DNA of 64,000 bases from Chrysomallon squamiferum (lineage: Eukaryota > Animalia > Mollusca): contig CM022679.1 in NCBI GenBank assembly GCA_012295275.1, forward strand, positions 23,746,001-23,810,000, read 5' to 3'. The notes below the pieces were generated by a model. It was not told the origin of the DNA. It was given only the letters and a program-made list of their open reading frames with translations, and searched no databases. Shown piece after piece: positions 1 through 13,842 of the stretch. Position 1 is the first letter of the stretch. Each line of letters opens with the position of its first letter. A program made the position numbers and the translations under genes.

Positions 1-704
1 ATTCATGAAAAAAGGAGATGCAGCCTGTGAAAAATCCATAAATAAATAAATACGCATATACATGCATTTATACATGCACATATACATACATACGTACATG
101 CATACATATAAAAACATACATATATTCAAAACATACATACATACATAAATACGTGTAGAAACAGTTTTTATGCATGAAATAACTGGTGAAAGTGAAATGC
201 ATAGTTAGTTACTGGAAACAGAAATGTATTGTGTGTATTTTTTTATTTTTTAAATTTTTTTAATTTGTGAAAATTACTAGAAAAATATAATTGAGATTTG
301 TGCGTGATAAAAAAAGTTATTAAATGTCATTTCTGGCGCACGGCGATAGAATGTAAAATTGAACGGTATAAACTTAGTAACCCCAGGATCTGTCATTGTG
401 TAAGCCTCTAATTTTAAAAAAAAAGTCTTTATCATTTTACAGATAAACAATTTAGTTTTGCCAAACAGTGTTCTAATCTCATGACGGATCGTTATATTCA
501 TAAAACTGACAAGGCTGAAGCCTAAATGCTCGACAATTTTTATTTATTTGTTTATTATTATCATCATCATCATTTATTTATTATCATGATCATCATTTAT
601 TTATTTATTTATTATCATTATTATTATTATATTTATTTATTTATTTATTTATTTGTTTATTTGTTTATTCATTTATTCATTTATTTTATTTTGTTTGGTT
701 TCAG

Positions 705-950
705 TAAATGGAAAGCTTCCAAAAACCAGTAAGTGAAACTATAACCGATAACGCATTGTCAGTGGGGGGGGGTGGATGGGTGGGGTCATAACGAAACATA
801 AAACTTTATTTTTGGATTTATTAACTTCAAATTAGATTTCAGACATATGGCAGAAAAATAAGGGCTTATGATTGCATATGATTTTCATCATAGGATCAGA
901 TGTCCCATTTTAAAAAACCCAACAACAAGAACAAAAAAATAAATAAATAA

Positions 951-999
<49 letters not shown>

Positions 1000-1616
1000 A
1001 AAAAAAATAAAATAAAAAATACAATAACCCCCCTAAAAAAAAAACCCCAGCAATAACAACATTACTCACTAATATTATCTCTCTGTCTGCATATAATGTT
1101 TATTTATTTGTTCTAGTTTGTTTACCTACTATCAACCTAGCAATAATTTGATCCATAAGTTTATATCTTTCGGAGGATTTAAAAAAAATATTCGTCCATG
1201 CACATCCATCCATCCATCCATCTGTCAACCAATCTATATTCACTTGCTGTGTTAAGATGATATTGTGGATGATTTTGTGTTTGTTTTGTGTTTGTTCGGC
1301 CATTCATCTATCCATCTTTCGATCAGTCTAGATTTACTTACTATGTTAAGGTAACATGAACACTATTAATTTGAATAACTTATGTTCTTTCTTGTGACTT
1401 TCATTCTGTTTTCTTCTAGTAACAAAATCTCAACTTAAGAACGTGGGTAAGTATATAATGTATATGTTTATAGATAATTAATGTAGTTCTAAAGTTTCTT
1501 TCTCTTTTTGACGATCTAACGAACCTTTTCGCGAACTAAGAAAGATAACTCTTTGTAGAAGAGGAAGTATTATTATTAATATTTGGTTTGCACAAATTCA
1601 TATATATGCCTTAAAA

Positions 1617-1658
<42 letters not shown>

Positions 1659-1923
1659 CAAATAAAAAAGTTATCAGGGCCCGTACTTTCGAATTTCGTC
1701 AGATATATGACATTTGTGAAATTTTGATTTTACCTATATATGTATAAACATATCGTATGACCTGTTAAAATTTATTTATTTATTTATTTATTTATTTATT
1801 TTCTGTTTTAGTAAAAACGATGACGATTCGGGTAGGCAGTTAATTAACATATATATATATTTTTTATAACAAGTTGCTTAATTTATATGTATGTATTTTT
1901 GTGTGTATGTATGTATGTGTGTA

Positions 1924-1973
<50 letters not shown>

Positions 1974-3884
1974 TATATATATTTATAATAGGTGTTTATG
2001 TGTCTATGAGAGATACACATACACATACATACATACATACATAAATTAATCTAACAGCGTGTTTACACCTCTCTCACTGTGTGTGCATATGCGTGAGTGT
2101 ATATATCTTGGTATTTAGTTGCATTTATGTCTTAATCAACAGAGCGAGAACTGCTACTGCTACAATGAATACACTTACAGAATCTTTCACAGCACAAAAG
2201 ACCATTGTTTTCTTTACTATGAATGTGGATGCACTATAATCTATAATAAATATGATGGTTGTTGTAAAAAATGCAGTTCATGCTTCCCAGGCAATTCCCG
2301 CCTTCAGCTTGACGATGGTTCAGTGGTGCAAATGAAAAATCTCAAGACAGGGCACAAGGTTTTAACAAGTATGATTTATACTTTGGTATCTCCCACTTTA
2401 TGATATATTAGCAGACCGTACCTTCTGTATGCTATCTATGTAAACCTTAGTCTGTCTGTCTGTCTGTCTATCTGTCTGTCTAAATATCTGTCTGCTTATT
2501 TATCTATCGATTGATCTTATTTCTTTTTGTATCTGTCTGTCTGTTTTACCTATATTATTTGTCCATCTACCCATCTATTCAGTAGGTTTCTTATCGCTGT
2601 CTGATACCCAACTGCCGATATATTTTTCCTGCTGGGTAGTCGTTAAACATTCATTCATTCATCTGTCTAATTTACTTATCTATCTACTATTTATCGTATA
2701 TGTCTGTATGTCCAATTTAGACATATATCTAGCTATCTACCTAATTATCTGTCTATTTATCGAGCTGTCTATTTTTATATCTAAGTTATTTATCTTCTCT
2801 ATCTGTCTGTCTTTAAATAGGTAATCTACCTACCTGCCTTATTAATCTATCTATCTTACCTTTCAGTATATCTGTCTGTTTATCTGTCTATCTAATCTAA
2901 GTTACATGTCTGTCAATTTGTATATTTATTGATTAATATATGTATTTGTTTGTTTGTTTTTATAATAAAGTGGTGTCAGGGCATTTCACCCCCGGATATT
3001 TCTCCCCAGTAAATTGCCCCCGGCCATTTTCCCACTGGTGATTTCCACTAGGTCATTTCCCCAAGTGACAATTCCATCCTGCCTACCACACCGTTGCGTC
3101 TACAGAGACATCACCCAGAGGCTTCAGACTTTGGTCACAGACTACGGCAACAGAGATCGGCTGGACTTCCTCCGTGTGGTTGCTCCAGTTAATCCGTATA
3201 CGACATCAGTCATTCTTGGCATGGGGGAACTGTAACGGGAAATGATCGGGGGGAAATGCCCTAAAAACTGGATAAAGCAATTTTAGTAATGCGTTTTGTT
3301 CTTTTTAGTGTTTTGTTTTGTGGTTGTTGTTGTTGTTGTTGTTGTTTTTTTTTTGTTGTGTCCTTTTTTCTTTTTTTTTTTTAAACCTTTTTAAATTAAC
3401 CAATCGGAAGAAATGAAATTTCTATCTCGTTTCAGTTCAAGATGGCCGGCGTGTATTTTTGGAAGTAAAAACGTTTCTGAGACGTGAGCCAAACAAGAAC
3501 ACGACACATCTGACAATAACAACTGAGTCTGGAAGCAGCCTCACCATGTCAGAAAGCCATCTTATTTTTGTGTCAGGAAACAACAAATCTACTGACATGG
3601 TATCTAGGTACTTTCCCTGGAGAAATAACAAATACGGAGCAAATAAAAATGTAACACAGACGCACACATTCATATACAGATATTCAAACAAACGTATATT
3701 CATACCCAGACCACATATATGGCCATCTGCGTAGAAATAACAAACACATGGACAATAATAATACGTAATAATTATAAACACTAATTCACCTACAGAAATA
3801 CAGACATAAGTCACATATGCATAGATGCCCATACAAATACAGGCATCTAAAACGTAATATGTTAAAAAATTTCACCGCTTATTG

Positions 3885-3915
<31 letters not shown>

Positions 3916-4945
3916 TGTTTGTTTGTTTGTTTGTTTATTTATTTATTTAAGATTTGCAAGTTCTGTAAAAGCTGGCGATTATGTCTTCACTACAAAATCT
4001 TAGTTCACGTGACCTCTGTCCAGAGCGAGTTGTTCAAGTTTCTTTGTCCGTCGAACAAGGTAAACAACAACGACGACAATAAATACCATAATGATTATAA
4101 AAACAAGGGGTTCCTAGAATTAAGTAAAAAAAAAAATTATTTTAATATTTTTTTATTTGAATTACTGAAGTCATGTGAAGATATTTCAATTGAATATTAA
4201 TAATAACGACGTATGAACATCTATTCAGTTATCAAACATTTACCTACTACTCATTTTCTGTTTTGTTTATGTCATCATCATTATTTAAATTAAATTAAAC
4301 AACAGCTAACTACTATTAAAATTACTAAAACTACTGCTGCAGTAATAGCAGCGTCAGTAGCAGCAGAACAATAGTATTTTAATTTCGATTTCCGATTATT
4401 TATCTTAATTACTAAGTTAAAATTGCACACATACATTTAAACAGTGCATTCAGTTTTTCTCCATTTGAATAAACATTAATTTATTAGTGGTTATAATTTT
4501 TTGTAATTAAGTTTGTTTACGATTAAGGTTTTATTTTTTTTTTTTTCTGTACTGTTAAAATTTTAATTTATTTATTTATTTAATGATTAATTTACTTTTC
4601 TTTATTTTATTTTATTTTATTTTATTTTATTTATTTGTATGATTAAGATTTTATTTTATTTCTGTATTGTTGACATTTTATATATTTTTTTTTTAATTTT
4701 CTTAAATCACAGGACTATATGTTCCAGTGACAGACACTGGAACTCTCGTGGTGGATGGAGTATATTCATCTTGTTACGCATTTGTCCATCACAGTCTTGA
4801 ACACTTCATTTTGGCCCCCTTTCGATGGTTTCCATGGTTATTGAAGCCATGGCAACAAGATGGCTACAGTCCAATCATATCTACAATGGAATATTTAGGG
4901 GAAATATTTTTACCTCAAGTTGTTCTGAACTCAGGAAATCGATAA
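705..4945 (+). CDS. Hedgehog-related Hint/Hog-domain protein with Cys/Tyr-rich N-terminal region (5'-partial; one frameshift)
   Basis: GT-AG exons 705-728, 1420-1446, 1812-1831, 2143-2368, 3436-3607, 3952-4059, 4713-4945. Splice phases agree except for a +1 shift inside 3952-4059. Translation: ...GCCKKCSS/CFPGNSRLQLDDGSVVQMKNLKTGHKVLT...LTMSESHLIFV...FASSVKAGDYVF...ERVVQV...GLYVPVTDTGTLVVDGVYSSCYA. These match Hint blocks of the hedgehog C-terminal domain, followed by an SRR-like tail (HFILAPFRWF...YLGEIFLP). No Hedge domain seen. Confidence 0.88.
2580..2662 (+). mobile_element. SINE 3'-tail fragment
   Basis: ggtttc...gatacccaactgccgat...gctgggtagtcgttaaacattcattcattc ends in a (cattc/attc) repeat tail. 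It resembles, from memory, gastropod tRNA-derived SINE 3' ends. Confidence 0.45.
2978..3262. mobile_element. MITE-like element with terminal inverted repeats, in an intron of the Hint gene
   Basis: Left end agggcatttcacccccgg is the inverted match of right end cggggggaaatgccct. Several subterminal attt.cccc repeats. Much more GC-rich than the flanks. Confidence 0.7.
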
Positions 4946-6954
4946 ACTCTTTCTGAGAACTAAGAATAATAAAATTAAAATTTAACAAGTAATAAAAGTT
5001 AAAACAAAATATTTAATACACTGTCTCTTATGTTGTTTCATCTGAAATATTTGTACATCAATAAAACAAGAAAAACAACACTAACAATAACGACTTTAAT
5101 TATGTCTGCAGCAAAAGCATAAACAACAATAAAAATAATAATAATTTGTTGTCTTTATTATGTCAATAAAAAAATCGATGCTATTAATCAACATCATAAT
5201 ATTACATTTGTCAGATTCTTTGTTTCGTTCTTTCTTTATTTCTTTATTATTTAAAACATTGGGGCATGTGTACGTTTCAAATTTACATAACTTTATCTGT
5301 ATCCCATAGTGGATAATTATAAAACTGCTATTTCTTGTTATTAATTATCACCAATATCGTATCTCTGTTTTATTTTCTATTAAAATAATCTGTAATAAAT
5401 TATGTACTTAGAAACAGAGACGAAGGAAGGAGAGACACATATATACACACAAACAAACAGAGAGAGAAATATTAAATCAGATTTCAGAATTAATGTTTGA
5501 CCATTGGTATTTAATTCACAATTTTTTTTTTTTTTAACGCTTTTATTAGATGCCTTTTTTTTGGGAAGGCAATAATTAGATGCCTTTGTACAAGAAGAGA
5601 TGGGAAGGCAATAATCATAAATTTGGTTTTGTAATTATAATAACAGAAGTAGTAGTAGAACAGTTCAAGCAACATCATATTTAGCAGAATTAGAAATAGT
5701 GGTAGTACAGCAGAAGCATCAGTAGCAAACAATAGCTGTAGTAGTAGTGGTTGTAGTAATTAATGGATAAATAGAAGTAGTTAGTAGAACAAATTCAAAT
5801 AAAACATAATAAAAATATTTTAATCCTCATATAAATCCAGAGCAATTTAGCAGAAAAATTAGAAAAATATTTTAAAGTAGTTGCAGCAGAAGCCATGGAT
5901 ACCAGCAAAAGGGGTTAAGATGTAGTATTCCAGGCCAAAGGAAGGCATGACTTAGTGGTAGTATTCTATAGTAATAAAACAAATGGAAACCGTATATGCA
6001 AGTAGCAAATTGAATAACAGTACAAAAAGTAGCTGTAGTCTGAAGATAAAGATTTGAGATAAAACAAAATGAAACTATATCCTGTTGGGTTAATGCTAGA
6101 AACCCATTCTTACTTTTCTGCATGAAGTTATTGTTATTATCATGATCAAATTATTACTGCTGTTGTTGTTGTATCATTGTTCTTTAAAACATACAGTTCT
6201 GGACAGAGGTCATGTGGAAATTTACACGTTTTCTCCAGTCACTAATTCCATATTACTAATTTCATTATCAGAGAAAATCCTTGGTTTTGCTTTTAACATA
6301 GCAACAACACATTTGTTTATGGGAAAAATGTACTTCTGTGTATGTTGGCAAAACAGTTTAAAACCAGTGGGAAATGCATAAAATAAAACATTTTTACCCC
6401 ATTGTTTGTTATGTTTATTTCTGTGTTATTAAATTATAGATAATCACAATGAACAAACTAGAATGTTTTGCATTTTTTTTGTCTTTGTTGTTTTTGTTGT
6501 TGTTTTTTGTTTTGTGTTTTTCTTCATATTAAATGTTAAGTTAATTTGTGTTATCAAACAACAAAAGTGAAGAATGAATATTTCTCTAATTATATTGTTA
6601 TGAAGTTTCTGGTTATTAAAAATCATATTTAAAAAGTAAGTAAACAAGTATTCAATTAAATACATTCACAAAACATTTGAATATAATTATAATAATAATG
6701 TAATATGAAAACTGTGACAATGAGTGTTATTAGTTGTTTGATTAGCAGTATTTTGCAATATTTGCTCATGATGTGACTTTAACATACATGTCTTTTTCAA
6801 ATCCAGTTGTTTGATTAAGTACCTGATTAGATATGCAATATATTACCATATCAAGATGTGACTACACTAATAATATACATGTCTTTTTTCAAATAGAAAA
6901 TATATATCTGATTATTATTATTATCATGTTTTTTATTTTTAGGTATATATTTTT

Positions 6955-7182
6955 ATCATATGAATGTGTGCATGTGGCTCTGCTGTATTTTTTTTCTCAC
7001 TAAGCTTGCTATTTCTCCAGGTAAAGAACCTAGACACCATGTCAGTAGATTTGTTATTACTTGGCACAAAAGTAAGATGGCTTTCTGACATGATCACGCT
7101 GCTTCCAGACTCAGTTGTTATTATCAGATGTGTCGTGTTCTTGTTTTCACTTCCAGAAACACAAGCCAACCATCTTTAACTG
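6955..7182 (-). pseudogene. Inverted, degenerate duplicate of Hint-gene exon 3436-3607 plus adjacent intron
   Basis: Minus strand reads ttcag|TTAAAGATGG...NKNTTHLIITTESGSSVIMSESHLTFVPSNNKSTDMVSR|gt (exon copy 7179-7030), near-identical to the + strand exon. It has a 22-nt frameshifting deletion and carries ~70 nt of intron homology. Confidence 0.85.
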
Positions 7183-9505
7183 AAGGATTTTGTTCCATCA
7201 TCATAATCATCACCAACATCATCATTATCACCATCATCATCATAATAATTATTGTTGTTGTTGTTGTTGTTGTTGTTATTATTATTGAGCAGAAAAATAT
7301 CATTTATAAGCACATACACAGGAAAGTGCACTATTCTGCTTTTGATAAAGCACTGACTGTGAAGAAACTGCTCATAGAATTCTGGCTGGGATAGAAAATC
7401 TGTCAAAGAGCATTGCTGGCGATGTGAAATCAGAAATAGAGCACTGGTGGGGATGGTAAATCAGGCATGAAGCATTGGCTTGGATGGGAAAAGCTTGGTA
7501 GAGGTATTATTGATAATTTGAAAATATTCAGAAGTAAATTATCACAGATGTGCAGCTTTCTTTTGCATTTATATAGTTATTTATATTTTTCACTGCATGA
7601 TTTTACAATTGTTTCTTAGGGAGGAATATTTATGTCTCTTAATTATTATTTATTTATTTATTTATTTATTTATTAATTATTATTATTATTATTATTATTA
7701 TCATTATTATTATTTATCCTTTTTTTTTTGTGGAGATGGATATAATTGGTATACATATATATGCATCTATTAATATCACTCTTTATTTGTGCTACTCATT
7801 TATTTTTATTTATTATTATTTTATAAAATTATTGTTCACAGAGTAACACAATCAAAATCATTGTTATAGACTAATAAAAGAAGTTGTAGTAGTATTAAAT
7901 GTACTAGTGGTAGTAGTTCTGGTAGTAATTGTAGTACTAATAGTGGTAGTAAGAGCAGCAGTAGTCATATGATTATAGTAATAGTAATAATAATAACAAC
8001 AAAAACAATAACAGTTGTAACAATAATAAAAATTGTAGTAGAAGTTATAATAATAATAAGATGAAAATAATAACAGTCACACAAAAACATAGGACAACAA
8101 TGCAAAATTAATGAGTAAAATAAAAACAGCAGGCATGTTTTGGTTGTCGCTCTGAAAATTAATTAATATTTCATTTCACTGAAATGTATTCTATTCACAC
8201 CTCCAAGCTAGTAACTATCCCCATAAAAGTATTTATTGTTTGACATTTAGGTAACTGACATCTAAAACCAATTTAAAATTTATTATTGGTGTTATTATTA
8301 GCCATATTAACTTTAATTATAATTTAACATTTCAGTATTGTGGAAATATTATTTAATTTAAATTTATTTGATATATTTTAGTGCCTTCTTTTCTTTTTGT
8401 TTTGTCAGAAAAAAAAAGATATATATATATATATAAATAATAAATAACCAACCAGCCAGCCCACCAACCAACCAACCAACCAACCAAACAAACAGACAGA
8501 CAAAGAAACAACAAACAAATAAATATTTTCATAAAATTAAAAAATAATATTTATCTAGAAATTCATCAACAAGAAACACAAACACATGGACTCAACACAA
8601 CAACAACAACAACAATAATAATAATACTATTTTGTTAAATATGAACTGCTGAATTTAAACGATTTTGTTCAAGAATTAAGCTATTTGTATTATTATAAAT
8701 TATGCAGTAATTTGTTCACCTGTAACTGGGCTATCTAATACATGTAAAACAGAATTCTAATTTAAATTTCAGTAAATACTGATCTTTATGCTGAAATGTC
8801 CTTACTTATTATATTCCACGGGATAATTTAAAAAATGTATACATGTTCAATGCAAATGTGTGTGAAATATATGGTGGCCTGAAAATACAAATTTGGGCCA
8901 CTAAATATTCATTTTGAAACAAATTCAGTGGCTCAGATTTGTTTTTGGTAGCCCAGTAAAACAATATTCATATTTCAGCTTTTAAGTGAAGGAAAAGGTC
9001 CACCTGGTCCTTAACGTTTAAAGAAAGATTAGTCTTTTCAATAAGCACCAAATTAAACAACTAACCAACTGAAAAAGAAAAAACCCGGAAATCGGAACAC
9101 CGCGGAGCAGACGACAGAAGCATTCGGGAAGGTTCGGATTTGCCCGCATATTGGGCCAAAATTATCCTAATTGTCACGATCAGGTTTACGATTCTGGGTC
9201 AGCGAGACTCACGGTTTTGTTTATCAAGACTTGAGTTAACAAAAATTTTATGCAATATTGTTTATAAATAGATGTTGGCAACTTAAATTAAACCGATACT
9301 TCCAATTTATTGAACTTCGAGCAATCCTTTTATGTGAAATAAATATTTGCGATAAAATTATTAATGTGGCTCTTGTTATAACTTTCAGAAAAATAATGTT
9401 TTTGGGGCGACTAACCCATAATATTTTTCACATCCCAGTCGTCCAAACGGAATGGGGACCTGGCCACTGGCCATTTCGAGCCCTTTAAAAAATAAAATAA
9501 TAATA

Positions 9506-10357
9506 CAGTATACTCTCACCTATTCGCGGTTCCCCATTCGCGGCCCCGCATATTCGCGGGTTAGGCTCTTAACCCTATCGCATCGTATGCTGGTATACCA
9601 GGCTAGCGTCATAACGTCATACAAACAAATGCTCGGTAAACAGGGTTTTTTGTAGGTCATAGAGACTTAAGTGCCTGAAGAGTAGGAATAATTACCTAAA
9701 GTGCTGTAAAGCAGCAGCTAAGCTGTGCCATACTGTACATTAGTGTTATCATCATCATCGTATGGCACTGCAAATTTCATTATCATTTTATTATCATTCA
9801 TTATTGGTGACAATACAAACTATCAATTTTTTTCAATTATTATTGCAATACAGTACGTATTTTTTTCTCTAAATGCATACACTGTATGTACAGTGCATAT
9901 TTTTGTGACCGTTATTAATAATGTTTTTAATTGCATATTATTACTGAATTGTATTATTATTACCTGAACTGTGCGTACTGTATTTATCTGTCTGTTTGCC
10001 TTTAAATTTGTTCCACTTTCTGTCAATTCTAATACATATGTTGTACGCATAGAAAATGACTTTACGGTACATAATACTGTATGGGTAACTATGCTTTTGG
10101 TGTTACATTTATTTAGCCTGTTAAAGTTTCTTTCTGATTAAAATATTGTTTCAGTACAAAATTAAAATGTATTTACATTATCATTACTACATTAGTGAAA
10201 TACATAACTGCATGCAATATTACTACATTATTACTGTATTAATGAGTAAGAGTGTCTTTAGAAAGTGTTTGGGAAGCATTTAGTACCGTATATAATCTCA
10301 TAATATTCTTCTGGGTGGGTAAGAACGTGTACCCCCAACAATAGTTAGGGAATACTG
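9506..10357. mobile_element. Non-autonomous Tc1/mariner-pogo (Tigger-like) DNA transposon
   Basis: TA|cagtatactctcacctatt ... aatagttagggaatactg|TA: imperfect TIRs starting CAGT with TA target duplication. Three subterminal attcgcgg repeats at 9525-9560. No transposase ORF. Confidence 0.75.
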
Positions 10358-10470
10358 TAATAATATATTGAAATTTCATAAAGCACCCTCAAGCAAAAAC
10401 TAAATAAACCTCATCTTGATTATGTCTTTATGAACTATCTTTCTGTCCTAGATTCCTTAAGAAAGCCTGT

Positions 10471-10517
<47 letters not shown>

Positions 10518-12975
10518 CTATATTTGAATTGACAATATTCTGGAGGATATTTTAACTGGTATGCATATTTACATAAGTATATATGTATGTTTGTGTGTGT
10601 GTGTGGGGGGGTTGGTTTTGGTTTACATTTGTTTAGACATACTATTTAATTATTGTTAAAGATGGTTTACATTATTTCTGACATTAAATCATTATCTCCA
10701 GTATTATTCAAGCACTGGTTTTTTTATGTGCAATTATGAACTGTCTGTAAGCAGGACTTCGCCTAAATGCCAATAAGCAATAACTTCTCTATTTTTCAGG
10801 TGCCATTTTTTCCAAGTTTGCATAGAACCATTTCTTCCATACCCCAAGGATAAGTGCTATGATGAATGATGTAATTGCATACAGCAAATGAATATTTAAC
10901 AATATCTCAAAAGATTTTAATGTTAATATTTATTTGAGATGATGAACATTTTTGGAAAATTTATGGGAAGTAGTCTCCAGTTATTAAAAAGTGAATTACT
11001 TCACATAACAAGAACAAATTTTATTGAATAACATTTGAACTATATATATATTTATTTTTGCTACTAAGAATGTTTGCCTATTTATATATTAAATTATATT
11101 GATACATATTATTTTTGAATTTGCATATATAACAGGCTCTGACCAGCATTAAATAAAGCCAATGGCTGAAATTTTTGTTGCATGCTTAGCACAGTTAACA
11201 GATATCTTTGTCAATTTTGAAGCCACTCATTTCATCTATTCATGCTATATTTTTATCTTTTTTCTTTTCTTTCATTCTTTTTTTTTTTTTTTTTTTTTTT
11301 TGATATGATGTCCAGCATTATTTAAACAACAATAATACCATTGGGTTATCATAATTCTATGAAATGTGTACCATCACATTATGTTTCACTAGCAGGCTGT
11401 TCCCAAAAAGAAGTATCTTACAGTTCTTCAGTTCTAATAAATAAAAGTTAGCAGGACAAGCTTGTGCTCAGATCCCATAAAGTATGTTTGCTAGTACATT
11501 ATACCAAGACATTCTTTTTGTTTCTTATTCTTTCTTTCCTTTATTTATTTATTTAAATTTTATTATTATAATTTATTTTTTTTTATATTATATTGTTGTG
11601 ATTGTTGTATTAATTTTGTGTCTTGAAATAAGTACTGTTAATCAGTACAGTATGATATTCAGAAAAATTATTTATTATTGTTGTTTTTTGTTATTTTTAT
11701 TTTTTAAGGGGTTTGTTAAGTTTCACCTAGACTGAAAACAGCAGTGATAATATACAGGAGTAAAATGAAAAAGCTCACAGCGTATGCTAATATTGTATGT
11801 TTCTATAACATAAAACGATTACACTAATCCACAAATAACACATTTCCTTGAATAACAAAATAATAAATAAAAGCAACTAATAAATAATAATAATAATAAT
11901 AAATTAAATTAAATAAAAAATTATATTTGTTGTTTGCACTGTATAATTTAAGTTTAATCATAAGAACAAATAAATTTTAAAAAATACAGTTAAATGTTAT
12001 TTTGTTTTAATTTACGTATATACCTGATTTTATTTTTTTTTCTGGATCATACAAAGATGATTAATGAAGGTATGACAGTAGCATTATGTAACTAATAACA
12101 AATATTCACATAAAATAAAGAACATACAACCTGAATGAATTTTATACTGGTAATTATTACTGTTAGCATTTGTACACATCTAGTATATTACACCATTAAG
12201 TGTATTTGTTAAGACAATTAAAAACAATGTTTGGAAAACAATAAAAAAGCAATAAAAGTAATAAGTACATAATAGCTATATAATATGAAGTATATGAAAT
12301 AACATCCGTTATATACATTGTGTTATATTTGTATCTCTGATTTAGCAACAATTAAAGCAATTATTATATCTAAAGATTTTGCTGGTAGAATATGTATCTA
12401 AAATGTCATAACAATAAAGCAATAATAAATTAATTATTTTGCAGGCCTCAATACAAGTATGCTCCTAATTAATTACATGATAAAGCCTTAATATTTAAAT
12501 AAATCAGCAATTTCATCAAACAATCAGTCTAATATATAAATTTTCCAATTAATATTTGTAATAATAGTCATGCTATTAAAGCAGGCAAATTTTTCTTATA
12601 CTGACTATTTTCCCATCAAACTTCTTTCCTTTTATCTTTCAGTTGGCTCCATTTGCTTGTAATTTGTTTCCTTTCCCAAAATAAATGAGTTCTTTATTTC
12701 TCTGGTTCAGTCCAGATGGATGACATTAGCTGTATTAATATCAGTTATTAACAATTAGATTAAGTAGATTGGAACTATCATATAACACTAGGCATAACCC
12801 CCCAAAAAATACAACCTTAGTAAAATATTAGTACGTTTACTAAACAAAGAATTAATGTGAATTAATGTATTGTTCATTATACATCTAAAGGTACCCAGAC
12901 AAAACCCAACTGGACAGAACTCCACCCATCCAACTGCCAACTTAGACAAAACCTCCTCACTCCACTCAGTAACAA

Positions 12976-13012
<37 letters not shown>

Positions 13013-13842
13013 TCAACAATAACAATAAATAATAAATGAATAAATAACAAAATAAGCTTTGTTTTTATTCTTAACACAGTGTCAATCCATTTCATTAGCG
13101 TATAGTATCAAAAACCACATATTTTGTAGAAATCTATGTAGAACATGCACTTAAGTACTCCTTATCACAGAAAACTAAGACCATTTAGCATTCCAAAGAA
13201 GAGGTTAACATTTTGACTAGCTGTTTAAACATTATTTGAATATTTGTATCACATCATCATTACAGCCAACTTCTTTCCAGTTAGAGTACTCATATATTTC
13301 CTTATGTACATATTGCCATCAAATATTAGCTTTAATATCCATGCTGTAATATTCCAATTTTCTGGGGTAACAATTAAGGCTCCCATCTGCTACAGACATA
13401 CCTTTGCAGTGACATCAGTGCAAGACCCATACCAACTGACAAACAAATTTTAGGTGAAACAAATTATTTTGAAGGGTAGTCAGAGTGTTTTGTCTAGTGT
13501 TTTTATTAACGAGTGCTTTTTTCCAGTGGATTTTTCCCACGATCTACAAATGAATGCCTTAGGATAAGGTGATGATAAAATTATGGAATATATACTAGTA
13601 TATATTTGGAAAGAATCTTTGAAAATAAAGTGGGACAGTTTTATTATAACTAGAAATTCATATCTACTTTCCATATATTTAAGAAGGATCATAATATTAT
13701 CCCCGACTTATTATAAAGCTCAAGGTAATATGTTATATGTTTTAGGACAGAAAAGATATTATTTGTAAGATAAAGCACTGGTATATTATTTCACTGCATT
13801 ACATATGTTTACTAGATTTAGCAAAAATGTATTCATTATTAA

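Noticed and set aside
2143-4945. Calling the gene hedgehog, or a self-splicing intein
   Set aside because: No Hedge signalling domain precedes CFPG. The C-terminus is Hog-type (SSCYA plus SRR), without the intein His-Asn end.
7340-7500. Weak ~30-bp periodicity (agcattgctgg..gatg..aaatcag)
   Set aside because: Only 4-5 very degenerate copies with no frame or boundary; too weak to assign.
10855-10960. atgatga as a snoRNA C box
   Set aside because: No convincing D box with a terminal stem at a suitable distance.
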